Source: the human T2T-CHM13v2.0 reference genome, Homo sapiens. Taken from it: a DNA stretch of 64,000 bases. Shown in pieces: positions 26,945 to 39,430 of the stretch. Below the pieces are notes generated by a model that was given only the letters and a program-made list of their open reading frames with translations, searched no databases and was not told the origin of the DNA. Within the stretch, counting starts at the first letter, position 1, and each line of letters starts with the position of its first letter. The stretch lies in NCBI RefSeq assembly GCF_009914755.1, contig NC_060935.1. The stretch is one strand, 5' to 3'. Position numbers and translations under genes: made by a program.

Positions 26945-27160
26945 GAAAGGCAGCTTAGTGTAGCATTATGACCATCAGAGTTGGTAGACTGGTTTGAACT
27001 TTACCTCCGCAGTTTACTAACTGTATGACTTTGAGTAAGTGATTTAATCTCTCTAAGCTTCAATTTCTTCAATTATAAAATATAGTTTAATAATAATATC
27101 TTGTAAGGCTATTGTGAAGATTAAGTGACAATGTAGGCATTCCAGAAATCCCAAATCTTA
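26945..27160 (+). mobile_element. MIR SINE
   Basis: 'tttactaactgtatgactttgagtaagtgatttaatctctctaagcttcaatttcttc'. Confidence 0.8.
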
Positions 27161-29349
27161 TTATTGTGACTCTGTTGCTTTGTGGGATGAAGAAATAATA
27201 ATAGTTAGGAATCATAAAGTATTATACATATTGTTTTAAGAAAGACAGTTTTGATTTCTATGCCAGTAAAATTGCGTAAACATATTAAATTACAATGTTA
27301 TATTTTGTTATGCCAAGGAGTAGTAGATGAGTTCTTAAGAAATAAACCCCATTCTTGTGGAAGAATATGTTGTAACCACATATTCTCCTTGGACAAGGGT
27401 ATTGATATAACCACTTTCTCCTCTGTCCCTAGACAAGGTAATTGGTCTCCTGCCTAAGAGCTTATGTGTTAAAGTTTGACAATTGTTTCCTAATTACGCT
27501 GGTGATGGATTGATAAGACCTGACATACGCTATTCCAATTACTGGGCATTGAACCTTTTCAAAGAGCTGGATATTAGAGTAGGAGGTAAGCTTGGGCAAG
27601 TCACAGAGTTTAGATTGATCAATCAAATGACCAATTCTGTGTTTGAACTCCCTCAACACACCAGTAAATGAATAGCATATGAATTTGGTGTCAAGTAATA
27701 GGTGAGCAGAAAAATATAAATGGATAGATAGATAGAGGATTTCTTTTGGCCCTTTGATTATCCCCTCTAGGAGTGTCTCTGGTGTTAAGTCCTATGCTCT
27801 TTGAATTATGCAGAGTACTTTCTTATTTCTAGCGGACTATTCTGGAGCAGATGTAAAATGCTTATCACAGTGCCAGTATCTACAAAATAATAAACATTCA
27901 ATACACTGTATCAATTATCTTTACAGAGAAAACTAAAGATTTTAAAAAGCAGGCTGGACAATGCTATGGGGACAAATTGGAGGACGGCAAAAATGTCCTA
28001 TAAGGAGGAGTCTTGTAATGCAACTTTCAATACAACTAAGAATTAACAGGTAAAGGAGATGCAGAAAGAAAGGAAGGATATTTGTTGGTTCTGTTTTGCC
28101 ACTGAAAGGCATTATACAACTTGCTGAGCAGAATGTGCCTTGAATAGAACACCTAATGCTTAATCCTTGTATCTCAGATCATCTGTCCAAGCAGTGATCC
28201 CTGAGCAGAGACCTCACCTGCTACTTAGTCCCAGAACAAGGGCTACTCAGGGAAGAGACCACACTTGGCCATTGTTTCATTTATTTGAAATACTTTATCA
28301 TAGAGAATGTATTAGTCCATTTGCATTGCTGTAAAGGAATACCTTAGACTGGGTAATTTATAAATAAAACAGATTCGTTTGACTCACTGTTCTGCAGGCT
28401 TTACAGGCATGGCACTGATGCAGAACAGATGAGCCCCAACTTTGCAGCTTAGCCAAGGAGGGTTCTTGGTTTTGCCTAGGAAAGAATTCAAGGGCAAGCC
28501 AATAGTGTCAGACAACAATCTTTTATTGAATGGCACTGCTCCTTGAGAAGCAGGGCTAATTCATAGGCAATACGCCCAGAGTCAGGAACATATGGGCTCT
28601 TGGCAACTGTATTGGCTCTTGGTAAACCCAATTTAAATTGCATGCACATTAAGGGGTATGTCAATGCAAATTGAGAGGTGGGTCATTTCGAAATTTTTTC
28701 TAGAAAAGGGGCAGTAAGTTCTGGCTCTTACCATAGCAACTGCAAACTGTCATGGTGCTAATGGGAGCGTCTTATGTCAGTGAACAATGAGAGTACCTAG
28801 GGATTGCTTTCATCACCATTTGCTGGTTCCTGATGGTTTCTTCACTTTATCCTGTCTGGACCAGATCCCGTTTTGGTCAGCAGGGTTGTGACTAGAAAAA
28901 AGTCCTTATGGTCTCCTACCTCATCTCCCACTTGGAGGTAAGATATTTCTCCTTAATATTACAGGAGCTGAAAAAGGGTGGTGGTCCATCTTCCGTAACA
29001 GCTTCTTGTCAATTTTATGGGTGTAGGCCCTGCCTAGCATTGGAGGTGTGTGAATCTCTAGATATCTGATCTAAGGGACCAACAGTAGGATGTTTTCATT
29101 TTCCATGTCAGCAGACAGGATGGATTGGAAGCTTTGTGCTAGCATCATCTTTATGTGGAATCTAGAAGATATAAAATTTACTAGGAAGTTAAACAAGTAA
29201 ATTGCAATTAGGCAGAAGAGAAGAATTGATGCTACTATGTCCACCCACAGCATCAATTATTTAACTATGTATTTGTAAAACAACAAACTTAAGTTTTCTA
29301 GGGTTTTCAAATGCAGGTTGTGGTGTCCTTCTTTTATCCCTGTAGGGAC

Positions 29350-29525
29350 TCATAAGAAACAGTTTAACTCTGGACAGTTGTACCCAATTAGTGATGACCT
29401 GAAGTTTAACAGCAGTAGGGGTACTTAACAATACCTGATAAGGGCCATTTTATTTTGGTTGTAATTAATCATCAGGTGATCTTTTTTTAAAGATTTTATG
29501 AAGACTAAGTCTTCTAACTGAAGAG
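29350..29525 (-). pseudogene. pol: Retroviral pol integrase C-terminal (GPY/F) remnant
   Basis: Minus-strand translation 'LQPK*NGPYQVLLSTPTAVKLQVITNWVQLSRVK' matches the gammaretrovirus-like IN C-terminus. Confidence 0.8.
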
Positions 29526-30199
29526 GGGAGCTATATTTTCATTTGTGGGTAAGGGCAATACTTTGATTTCATGATTTTTTGAAAGGCATTTAAATCTGGC
29601 TTAGATTTCAAGGGGGAGCATGGTGAGGTGTGTCTGACCCCTGGTTTCCTGTCACGACCAGAGTTAGTTTTTTTTTTAGGTGTCTTTGACATTCCCTTTG
29701 GCCAATTAAACATTCTAGGCCAGATGAGAATGAAGGTGGGCAGGTATCATTAGTCCTTTAAATTATTTAAAGCAATGTGAGAGTCAAAATGTAAAAGCCA
29801 AAAATAAGGTTACACATCAAGAAAAACCAAAACCATAGACTCAAGATATATCGGGGAAAATATGTCTCTCATAGACGTCTAAGACAAAATGCTTTAGCAT
29901 CAGGCTACAATAATAGAGTTGGAGGAGAAAAACTCACAGGAGCTGACAAAAAAAAAAGAGCTAAAGGATAGACACATCATCATAATCCTTCTTATAGAGA
30001 AAAATAGATGAAAGCAGCAAGACACAACAACAGTTAAATCTCTGAGATACAAATCCAAGAAGTTTCAAAAGAAACTATTTATGACATTACAAGAAACATT
30101 TCTGATAATTTAACAAATAAATACCTTCCTTCTCATGTCAGGGGCAGATTGAATAAGGGGCAGAGGCTGGCATGTCAGGGGCTCTCATCTTGACATCCC

Positions 30200-31359
30200 A
30201 GATGCTGATCTTGTGACACTCTCTCTTGTTGGGCAACCCTGAGGTGGCAGGGGGCTTAAAGCAGCCATTAGTAATTGTACTTTCTGGCTGTTTCTTTTGG
30301 CTTTGTTTTTCACGTCTTTGCAGTGTCCCTAGTGTAAACTTTATAGGCTACATTTAAGAGCTGGCTCATAGGAGTCTGAGGTTTCAATGCTGCTTTTTGT
30401 AGCTTCCTCCTCATGTCAGGGGCAGATTGAGTAATAAAATAATTTCCAGAAGAGAGTGCCCTTCTAGGGAGTCTGGGTCTGCATTAATATATTTCCTGAG
30501 TGCCTCAACCAAATGACCCTGAAACTGAGTGGGATTCTTGTCTTCTTCCTAAGGTATTTCTCTAACCTTGCTACAATTGACTGGCTTCGCCACATACTTT
30601 TTCCTGTTTTTTTATGCCATGGCACAGCAAGCAGTTGACAATACTTGCAAGTCATGAAAAGTTAAAGAACATGATCAACTTAAAAAACCTCTCTATGAAC
30701 TTTTCTGGTTTCTCTGAAAACTGGCCATATTTTTCCCCGTACAAAGTCAAATCACACATAAAAAACGGCACATGAACTCTAAGATTTACCTCATTTTCAT
30801 CAGCTACCGCCCGCAATGGACACAGATTTGATTTTAAGGGTTGATATGAAACCCCATTCTTCGTGGTACTGGTTTGGCTTACTTTCTTGGTCAGTAGAAG
30901 GTATAGGCTGTGGCTTGTTGGATAAGTGGGATTGGTGCCTGATGATCTTGAGGTGGAATCCTTCATTAGGTTGTGGGTGGGACCCACCTCAGAACTGGGG
31001 GACTATAAAGAGACTCTGGAGAGGGTGTTAGCCTTCTAGGGGGAGCAGCTAGGAGAAGATTCCTTAGGAATGGTTTCCTAGAGGTACCATGAACCAGTAA
31101 AGGGTCATAAAAGCCTGAACACAAGGGTCCTCTTCTCATTTCCCTTCCTTTTCACAGAATAAGTATAATTGTAAAATAGCGTTATAATTAATAGAAGCGT
31201 CTTTAGGCCAAATCTCTTAGTTTTCTAATTTGTATTGAATCCAAACAGTGTTGCAATAGAAAATAAGTTTCTTTTTCTTTAGTCAAATTCGAATGTGCTT
31301 CAGTAGCCTGATGGATATCCTAATGGTGAGTCCTGTGGTATGCCAGTCATTGTCCCCAT
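30200..31359 (-). pseudogene. gag: Retroviral gag remnant (MA-CA), disrupted
   Basis: ATG at 31359. MA-like 'KKKKLIFYCNTVWIQYKL..WPKDASINYNAILQLYLFC'. ORF 30652-30987 'LCPLRAVA..RVHVPF..DL..GQFSEKPEKFIE'. CA-like 'ITQSAPDMRRKLQK..PQTPMSQLL'. Confidence 0.85.
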
Positions 31360-32674
31360 GTCTGACAAGGATTTTTACTGGACACAGAAGTTTTTCTAAG
31401 TATAGCAAGAGAGACAGCAAATGGGCCTTTGCAATTTTTCCCTTTTAGATTCTCATTTCCTACAGAGAAGGTGTAAGTATAGGTAGCAAGTCATTACAAA
31501 AGTGGATTATAAGTGTTTGCCAGTGAATGAAATAGGACAAAAGAAGTATTTTTATTAAAGCATAGAAGGAAAAGTGTAAATAAAGTAACAATGAGAAAAA
31601 AAAATCTGTTACAGAGAATAACTTTAGGGCAGAAAACAAGAAAAGGCAAGACTAAGATTACCCTAGGGTGGGCCCACAGTTCTCCAGAACCCACAGCTCT
31701 GGAGGAAATGTCAGTGCCAAAAACCTGGTAGCACCCAAGTGGCAGCCAAAAATAACAAATGCCAAAAAACCTACAGTGCTCAACTATCAGCCAAGGAGGA
31801 TCCCCACACCAAATGCCAAAATGCTGGAGCATCTGAGGGGCAGCCAATAGTGAACTCCAAAGGCCTGGTTAGGTCCATATAACAACATGACTCTGGCATC
31901 TCAGAGTCAACATAACAAGGGCCTTTCACAAACATGTGTCCTGCCTTAAACAATTGCCCAAATACAGTTAACAGAAAGTCAAATAAGAAAAACAGAACTG
32001 CAAACAAAACATACATTTTAGAACTGAAAATAAAATGGGTGCTGGAGCAATAAAATGAAGTCCAAGAAAAAGGACCAGGAGAAGGGGTGACAAGGACAGG
32101 CTTCAGGTTACCCAAATGATGTAAGAATTTAAACTGACCACCTAGCCAGAAGTTTTATTCCCTAGCTCACCCAATATTGGGAGCAGGGGATGGAGGGACA
32201 TTCACCCATCCACAGGAGCCAAAATGATGCCAATGAATCTTTGTGTGGGACCTGGGTGAAGGTCTCTCTAGGTTCCCTCAGCCCAGGTGGGCTTCACTAC
32301 AATGTAGGGACCAGTGACCTGATAGCCTACTGGCTGGATTGACAGATCTCACATGAGGTGATGGTACTATGGCCACATGCCCTTCCCCTCAACTCTGCCA
32401 GAACAGATGACGGCTCTTGAAAGAGACTTTGACTAATGTTACAGCTTGGTAGCACTAATCACCTTCTCACCATCTCTCACCAATTGCCACCTCTTGCCAT
32501 CTCTCCATCTCGCCATCTCACCAATCACCACCTCTTGCTGTCTTGCCATCCCACAGACCGCTGATTGCCATCTGACTGTTTCTCACTGTCTCTCATTGTC
32601 TTGCCTCTTTGCGGATCAAGACCATTTTGCTGTCTCACTACCACATCAGTTATGGCCTTTCATATGCTATCTTC

Positions 32675-32692
32675 ATTCCTTTGTAGTCACCA
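32675..32692 (-). other. Primer-binding site, tRNA-Arg-like
   Basis: Minus strand TGGTGACTACAAAGGAAT, 2 nt from the 5' LTR. It resembles TGGCGACCACGAAGGGAT (complement of a tRNA-Arg 3' end, from recall) with 4 transitions. Confidence 0.65.
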
Positions 32693-33317
32693 AATGTTGC
32701 AGGACAGGCAAGCCCCAGCATTGGGGCTAGCCTGGGAGGGTTCTTGGCTTTAGCTGGGAAAAATTTCAAGTGAGAGCTGGTAGTGTTAGACAGTAATCTT
32801 TTATTGAACAGTACTGCTCTTTATGGTCAGCTAACTCACAGGTAGTGTGCCCAGAGCCAATTTATGAGCTCTTGGCAACTGTAGAGGCTCTTGGTAAACC
32901 CACTTTCAATTACATGCAAATGAAGAGGCACGTCAATGGAAATTGAGGGGTAGGTTATTTAGAACTGTGAAGAAAAAGGCAATAATTTTTGGGTCATTGC
33001 CATGGAAAGCAGTGGTAGCTTCCAAGTCATTGTCATGACATTTGTAAACTGTCATGGTGCTGTTGGGAACATCGTATGGCAGTGATCAATGAGGGGAGGT
33101 AGGGATTACTTTTGTTGCCATATTCTGGTTTCTACTGAGTTTCTTTACTTTATTTTGTCTGGACTAGATCCTGTTTTGGTCAGCAGAGTTGTGAGTAAAA
33201 AACAAGTCCTGCTAGTCTCTTACCTCAGCACCAGAATGTGCTCAACTTGTGGTAAGTCTCAGGGAGCTTACAATCATGGAAGAAGGTGAAGGGGGAGCCG
33301 GTGTATCACATGGCAAG

Positions 33318-33344
33318 AGGGAGGCAGAGAGAGAGAGAGGGAGG

Positions 33345-33426
<82 letters not shown>
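33318..33426. repeat. (GA)n/(GGGA)n polypurine microsatellite
   Basis: About 100 bp of almost pure purine inside the MSTB. Confidence 0.95.
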
Positions 33427-33428
<2 letters not shown>

Positions 33429-34259
33429 ATAGATGCCAGGCTCTTTTAAACAACTGGATCTCATATGAATTCATAGAGTGAGAACTCACTCATTCCCACT
33501 ATGAGTACAGCACCAAGTCATTCATGAGAGATCCATTTCTATGACCCAAACACCTCCCACTAGACCCATCTCCAGCATTTGAGGTCACATTTCAATATGA
33601 GATTTAAAGGGTGCAAAATATCTGAACCATGTCAAAGAATATGTTATGTATATGGGTTTAACTAGTGTATATATATAAAACATATATTTTCTAATATATA
33701 AATATATATTCACTTTAGATATGGTAAATTAATATAAGTACCCTAATCATGATACACCCTTCAAAAGAAAATAGTTAACATTTGAAAGACTCTATTCAGA
33801 AGCCTACTTCAGAGGTAGTATAAAAATGAATAAAGTTTGGGAAAAGATGCCTAGAGACATGAGAGTTCATTCTAAGATACATAAGATCACACAAGAAGGC
33901 AAGGCTTTCTTTCCCACAGCCAGGCTTCATAAAGTGTGGAAAAATTCTGTATCAAGATGATCATATCTGGTGATGCCTGCTCTAGGGCTTCATTGTCACG
34001 ATGGTTGACCACATAATTTTGTTTCCCTTGTTCCAAGCACAACTAATTAACCATCTTTCTCTGTATATTACTCAAGATTATTATACTCCTTCAGAGAAAA
34101 TCTGATTGGCTTATTGAGAAAGCATACAGATTGGTGAGTCCCCGTGTGTCCATATGGCCAGAGTTTTCACACTAGGCAACTTCACAGACTTTTGGATAGC
34201 CTATACTGACTGAATGACTTTGGGTAAAATGTTTACCTCTGATCCAATCTGCAATAAAC

Positions 34260-34477
34260 ATTATATTTTGATTTATGTGAAATGTTCAGAACAGGCAAAT
34301 CCATAGAGAAAAATGTAGATTAATGCTTGCCAGACATTGGGAGGGTGGCAATTGGAAGTGACTACTAATGGTTATAGAGTTTATTTCAGGGGTAATAAAA
34401 ACAACCTAAAACTGATTGTGAGACAATTTTATAAACATACTAACATACATCGAATTGTATAGTTTGAAAAAAAAAAT
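34260..34477 (+). mobile_element. L1MB/ME 3'-UTR fragment
   Basis: 'aaatgttcagaacaggcaaatccatagaga...gtgactactaatggttatagagttt'. Confidence 0.75.
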
Positions 34478-34519
34478 TAATATCTTCTCCAATTTTATAC
34501 TCTCATAACCAGTCCTTTT

Positions 34520-35165
34520 GTTCATTGAAATCTTTACCAATTCTTACCAGGATTGTTTATAACAGTATCCTAACTTGTTATTCTACCTCCACTGCTGCTT
34601 TCAATCCATCTTCCACACTACAGCCAGAAAGGGCTTTCTAAAATCTAGATCTGATGTTCACTCTCCTGTTTAAAATCAAAAGTGACTCCAACTACTTACA
34701 GTAAAAAGCACACCCTTATGATGGCTTCAATCCATCTTTCAGCCCCAGCATCACTGACAGATTCTATTCTACCTACATATGAAGCACCTTGCCACACTTG
34801 CCAATTAACTCTTCCCTCACCTCTTACTTCATTTTCACATGCTCCCTGTCTCTGCCAGATGTCCTACCCACTTTTTCTAAAAGATATACTTATCTTCGAA
34901 AGGGCTCCTTGCTAACTTATCTGAGAAGGGTACTCCAACTCCTGAATAAAATGAGCCACTCCTGCATCATTGCTTCCATGGCTAGTGGGTCACAGAGGAC
35001 ACAGCTTTAATGATGTGTTTTCTGTCTTTCCCTGGGCAGAATCTTCATTTTACACATGTTGACAGCTCCACTCCCCAAAGCATTGGAAGACTCAATAAAT
35101 ACTGAGTACAATAGGTAATACATACATGAACATACGCACAACATCAGTAGTAATCAGTGAATGAA
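34520..35165 (+). mobile_element. L2 3' fragment
   Basis: 'tcaatccatcttccacactacagccagaaagggctttctaaaatctagatctgat'. Confidence 0.65.
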
Positions 35166-35369
35166 GCCAGATTTGGTGCTTTTCCCAATATACCACTATT
35201 CTCTCCAATTCCTAGATAGATACACAGCTACTTTCCCCCTAATTATTCAAAAATTCCATTACATGGCTTGCCATCACTCTCCAAGTCCATCTGTGTTTTC
35301 TTTGCTAGTTTCAATAGGCACATGGATCAATTTTCTAATATCATAAGCCTCATCTTCTTTAATGATCTT

Positions 35370-37610
35370 GTTCTGCCAACTACCTCTGCCACTCATTTCT
35401 GAGGCCTACCCTAGACTATTATTAAGAACAAGTTTTGCTTTCTGTAAACAATCCTTTGATCCCACCTGTGCCTACAATAGATTGATCTTACCACCACTTT
35501 ACTGTCCTTCAACTCCTCATGTCTCCACTTTCCTCCTAATCCACTTAACTCTCTTGTCAAACATTATGTGAACTCTTTTACATGTGTCCTCATATCCCTT
35601 ACCCCTCTTTCCCTCTATCAGACTTTCTTATTAAATCACCAACTCAAGTTGAATCTAAATTTCCACCTACTTTAACCTGAGCCTGCATAGCAGAATATGA
35701 CTGGCAACAAAAGGCAGAACTATACTTTTTGATCTCACTTTAAATTTGTAACTGCCAACTTCGAGTGTGTTCTTTGTGCTGGCAGGCAATTATATATTTC
35801 TTTATGTATATTTCAACTCATCTTCCTACTTTCTTAGAAGATTATTTCACACCTTTTCATTTATTCTTGAACCTTCAATATCTGCTTTTCTCCTCTCACT
35901 CTCTTCTTATTCCACTGAGAAAGCAAAAGCAATACACTGCCTTCCCACCAGTTACTATGGAGAAACATTATTTCGCCTATGGCCAATTCTTCCATTCATG
36001 CCCTAGATCCTCTTTTCTCACTCAAAGACATCACTCCAATAATCACCTTTCTTTTTTCTTGCACCATTAATTTTTCACCTCCCTTCCCCAGTCTATTGGA
36101 TTATATCTTTCACTGTGCAAACATGCTACACATTTCCCATCCTAAAACACACAAGATATAAGCAAAAATACAGAACAAAATGAAAGCTCTGTATTTATCT
36201 CAACACCATTCCTGACATAATCCCATTTCTCTGCTTCATTTCCAAGCAAGGGAATTGTTTATATTTACACATTTGTACCTCCTCTCTTCATTCTCTTATT
36301 CTCTACTGAAACTCTTCTGTCATAGTTACAGTAATTACCTACTGATAGACCCACTGATATCTTCTCAGTCCTCATCCTCTCAGTCTATCAGCAGCCTTTG
36401 ATGTAGTTGCTCCTGTCTTCTTGAAACATTCTCATTTGGCTTCTAGGAAGTCACTCTGTTTTCCTCCTACTGACTGGCTACTCCTTTCATTCTTCTATGC
36501 TATTCCTTCTTATTTTTCAAAATTTAAAGTTTGAGTACCCCAGAAGTCAATCCTTGAATTCTTTCTTCTCTTTATATTTACTTTCTGCATTATCCATAAC
36601 TTTAAATACTGTCTATAAGCTGATGAATTCCAAAGTTTTAACTAAACCTGATGTTTCTTCTCAACTCTAGTATTATATATCATATGTCCAACTACCTATC
36701 TCCAATTGGTATCTCAAATTTAACAAGCCCCAAATTTGACTCTTGATCTCCCTAACATCACAGTTATACCTCCTACTCTGTTCACAGCTTTTGCAGTTAC
36801 TCAAGACAAAAACTTTGGATTGCCCTTAATTCCTCTCACACCTCACATCCAATCTATCAGGAAATCGCTTTGGTTCTGCTTTTGAGTCAACACTCAGTGA
36901 CTTTCAGCACCTCATCCACTGCTACCCTGGTTCAAGGCAGCATCATCGTGTGCTTGGATTATTGCAATAGTCTCCTATCTGGCATTTCTGCTTCTACCTC
37001 TGACCCCTGTAAACTCTTCTTTACACAACATCCAACAGTGGCCCTCTTAAAATTTCGGTTATATAATTCCACTCCTCTTCTCAGTATCTTCTAATGCTTC
37101 CCCATTTTATTCCAATTAAAGATCAAAATAAGAAATCCTACATCATCTTTACCCTCCCCAATACCTTTCTTATTTCATTCACTTTATTCTCCCTAGCTCA
37201 GTGTCTTCAGGTCACATTGACCTCTTTACAGTTCCTTGGAAACCCCAAGCATGTTCCTCCCTCAGGGCCTTCACATTTCCTGTTCTGTCTATAATTGTTT
37301 TTTTCTCTCAGATATTTTCATAGCTTGGTTACTCAATTCCCCCGGTTCTCTGCTCAATTGTCATCTCCACATAGAAGATTCCTTTGGCTATCCTGCATAA
37401 AATAGCACCCCAACAATCACTGTCTCTCCCTCTTACGTGTCTACCTTTCTCTGCAAAACTCATTAACACCTAACATATTATATATATATTTGTAGATGGT
37501 CACGTAGACCAGTGAAACTTACATGAGAGCAGGGCCTTTGCTTTATACACTGCTTTATCTGCAGCAATCTCAACAGTGCTAAGTTGTTGATAAATAAGTT
37601 ATATTTGAAG
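35370..37610 (+). mobile_element. Long L2a-like LINE remnant
   Basis: Pyrimidine-rich L2 ORF2 remnants ('ctatcagcagcctttgatgtagttg', 'tgcttggattattgcaatagtctcct') through 3' end 'catgagagcagggcctttg...caacagtgct'. Confidence 0.8.
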
Positions 37611-39219
37611 AAATAATTCTTTAACAACAAAAACAAAGAAAAAAAGAAAGGAAGCAGGAATGATGGAAGGAAATAAAGCAAGCAAGAAAGGGGCCAGTGT
37701 GTTTTTATTAAAATGTTCTGTATGTAGAAAATATTCTATTTGTGGTAAGAATGCATATATAATTTCACACTATATTTTTAAATTTTAAAAATAAAAGAAA
37801 AAATATAAACAGAAAATATTCTAGAAACTTATGTCAAAATGTCAACAGAGTAAATATTTCAGTGGTGTGGTCATGGAAGGGGCGAGGGGGGACTCTTTTT
37901 TCATATCTGTTTTATTTTGTAAAATAAAAAAACACATTTCTTTATCCATTCATCTGCTGATGGACACTTCTACCTGTGAACATTTTTAAATAGAAAAACA
38001 ATTCTTAAGAGAAATTATACAAGAAAAAAAAGAGATCTATATCCCCATATGTTTTTATTTTCTACACAGCTCAAATACTGGACTCTCTAAATTAAAACAG
38101 GCCTTGTTTTGCACATAGACAAGAGACTTTCCTTTCCATTCCTATTTCCCAGGGCTTTCTAGGATATCCCAAAATACCCCATGAAGTGCCTGTTACTTTA
38201 TAGCAAATGGAATGTTTCAAGTCCAACTCCAGATGCAAAGCTTGGGCAAATTCAATCAGACAACCAGCAAGCATTTAGCATCTACCTGATTGTGAGCTAA
38301 GTACAGAGGAAACAAAGCACTCCATCTGTGCACCAAAGAGTTTATAAACTGTCAGGAAGAAATTCCTGAGTCTGCGTTTGGATCCTAGAACAATCTTTGA
38401 TTGTGAGTAATACCTGTGCGTAGTTCTGCAGAAACACAGAGGAAAGAGTAACCAAGAATAGAGAGTGGAACCCTCCCAAAACACAGCCAGGATGCTTCAA
38501 GGATGCTTTGACCCCCTCACAGTATTGTGTGCCATGCGGTGCCCTCAGCTTTGTGACTCACAAAGGAGCTGTAGTAGGGACATGTTGAGGACACCAGGAC
38601 CAAACTCATTCGCTACTACAGAAAGAATTCGAGTTCCTTCATCCCTTAATTTCCTGTTAGCTTTACATTTTCATACTCAACCTGTACCTCCTCCAAGTAT
38701 TATGAAATTCCTACACAAGTAGAAGTCCTAAAAATCTAGAAAAGGACAGGATAGGGCTTCTGAAAAAGGACAATATGTTCTGATTGTGTCTCTGGAAAAC
38801 AGAGGTCTTAATTCATTACTATTGCAGAACCTTAGTTTTCTTATCAGTAAAATGGATGGATTTCAGAATTGAATACAAATACATATTTACCAATTTACAA
38901 GAGTATCACTTTATCAATACTTTACTGCTCATGCTTCTCTTCTTTCCAAAGTCAGCCTCTCTAGGAAGCCATTACCTGTCCTTGTGATTTGATTTATCAA
39001 GGGGAATGGTTAAACATCGGAATTGCTTCAGAGCCTCTTCTGAGCCACTGTAGAACAGCTGAGGTAGAGATGCAGTAATACATAAATAAATAAATAGAGT
39101 CTTATTTGGTGGTGGCTTCCTGGTTTCTTGTCAGAAATTTGGTACACAGCAAACAGGAAAGGGACACATATTTCAACAATAGAAAGGACGATGGAATAGA
39201 GAGCCTGCTATGAACGAGG

Positions 39220-39430
39220 TGGGACAGCGTACCAGAAAGACAAATGCTAAGGTCAGAACAGGATTTGAATTCATCCTTACTCTGTGTGACCTTGTGCAAG
39301 TAACTCAACCTCTCTAAGTCTGTGTTTATTTGTTAAGAGAAAACTTAAGTCTATATTGCAGGTTTGCTATGCCAACTAAATAAAGTAATGTAAGTAGAAT
39401 GCCCAGTACCCAACATTCTCTCAGTAGCAG
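39220..39430 (+). mobile_element. MIR SINE
   Basis: 'ctgtgtgaccttgtgcaagtaactcaacctctctaagtct'. Confidence 0.8.

Larger units (their letters stand above)
28416..33227 (-). mobile_element. ERV1 provirus, MER66(C)-like LTR-int-LTR
   Basis: Two homologous LTRs (28416-28923 and 32695-33227) with TG...CA ends and a perfect 4-bp TSD GCAC. PBS next to the right LTR, purine tract next to the left LTR, and gag and IN remnants inside. Confidence 0.88.
28308..33634 (-). mobile_element. MSTB-like MaLR solo LTR split by an ERV1 provirus (pieces 28308-28415 and 33228-33634)
   Basis: TGTATTAGTCC... and ...AACCATGTCA termini. TSD GAGAA/AAGAA. The sequence is continuous once the insert is removed. Confidence 0.88.

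Noticed and set aside
30652-30987. 111-aa gag ORF as a domesticated gene
   Set aside because: A fragment of a gag with stops and frameshifts on both sides. No sign of an intact reading frame.
33249-33489. ER-rich and LS-rich ORFs
   Set aside because: Translation of the (GA)n microsatellite.
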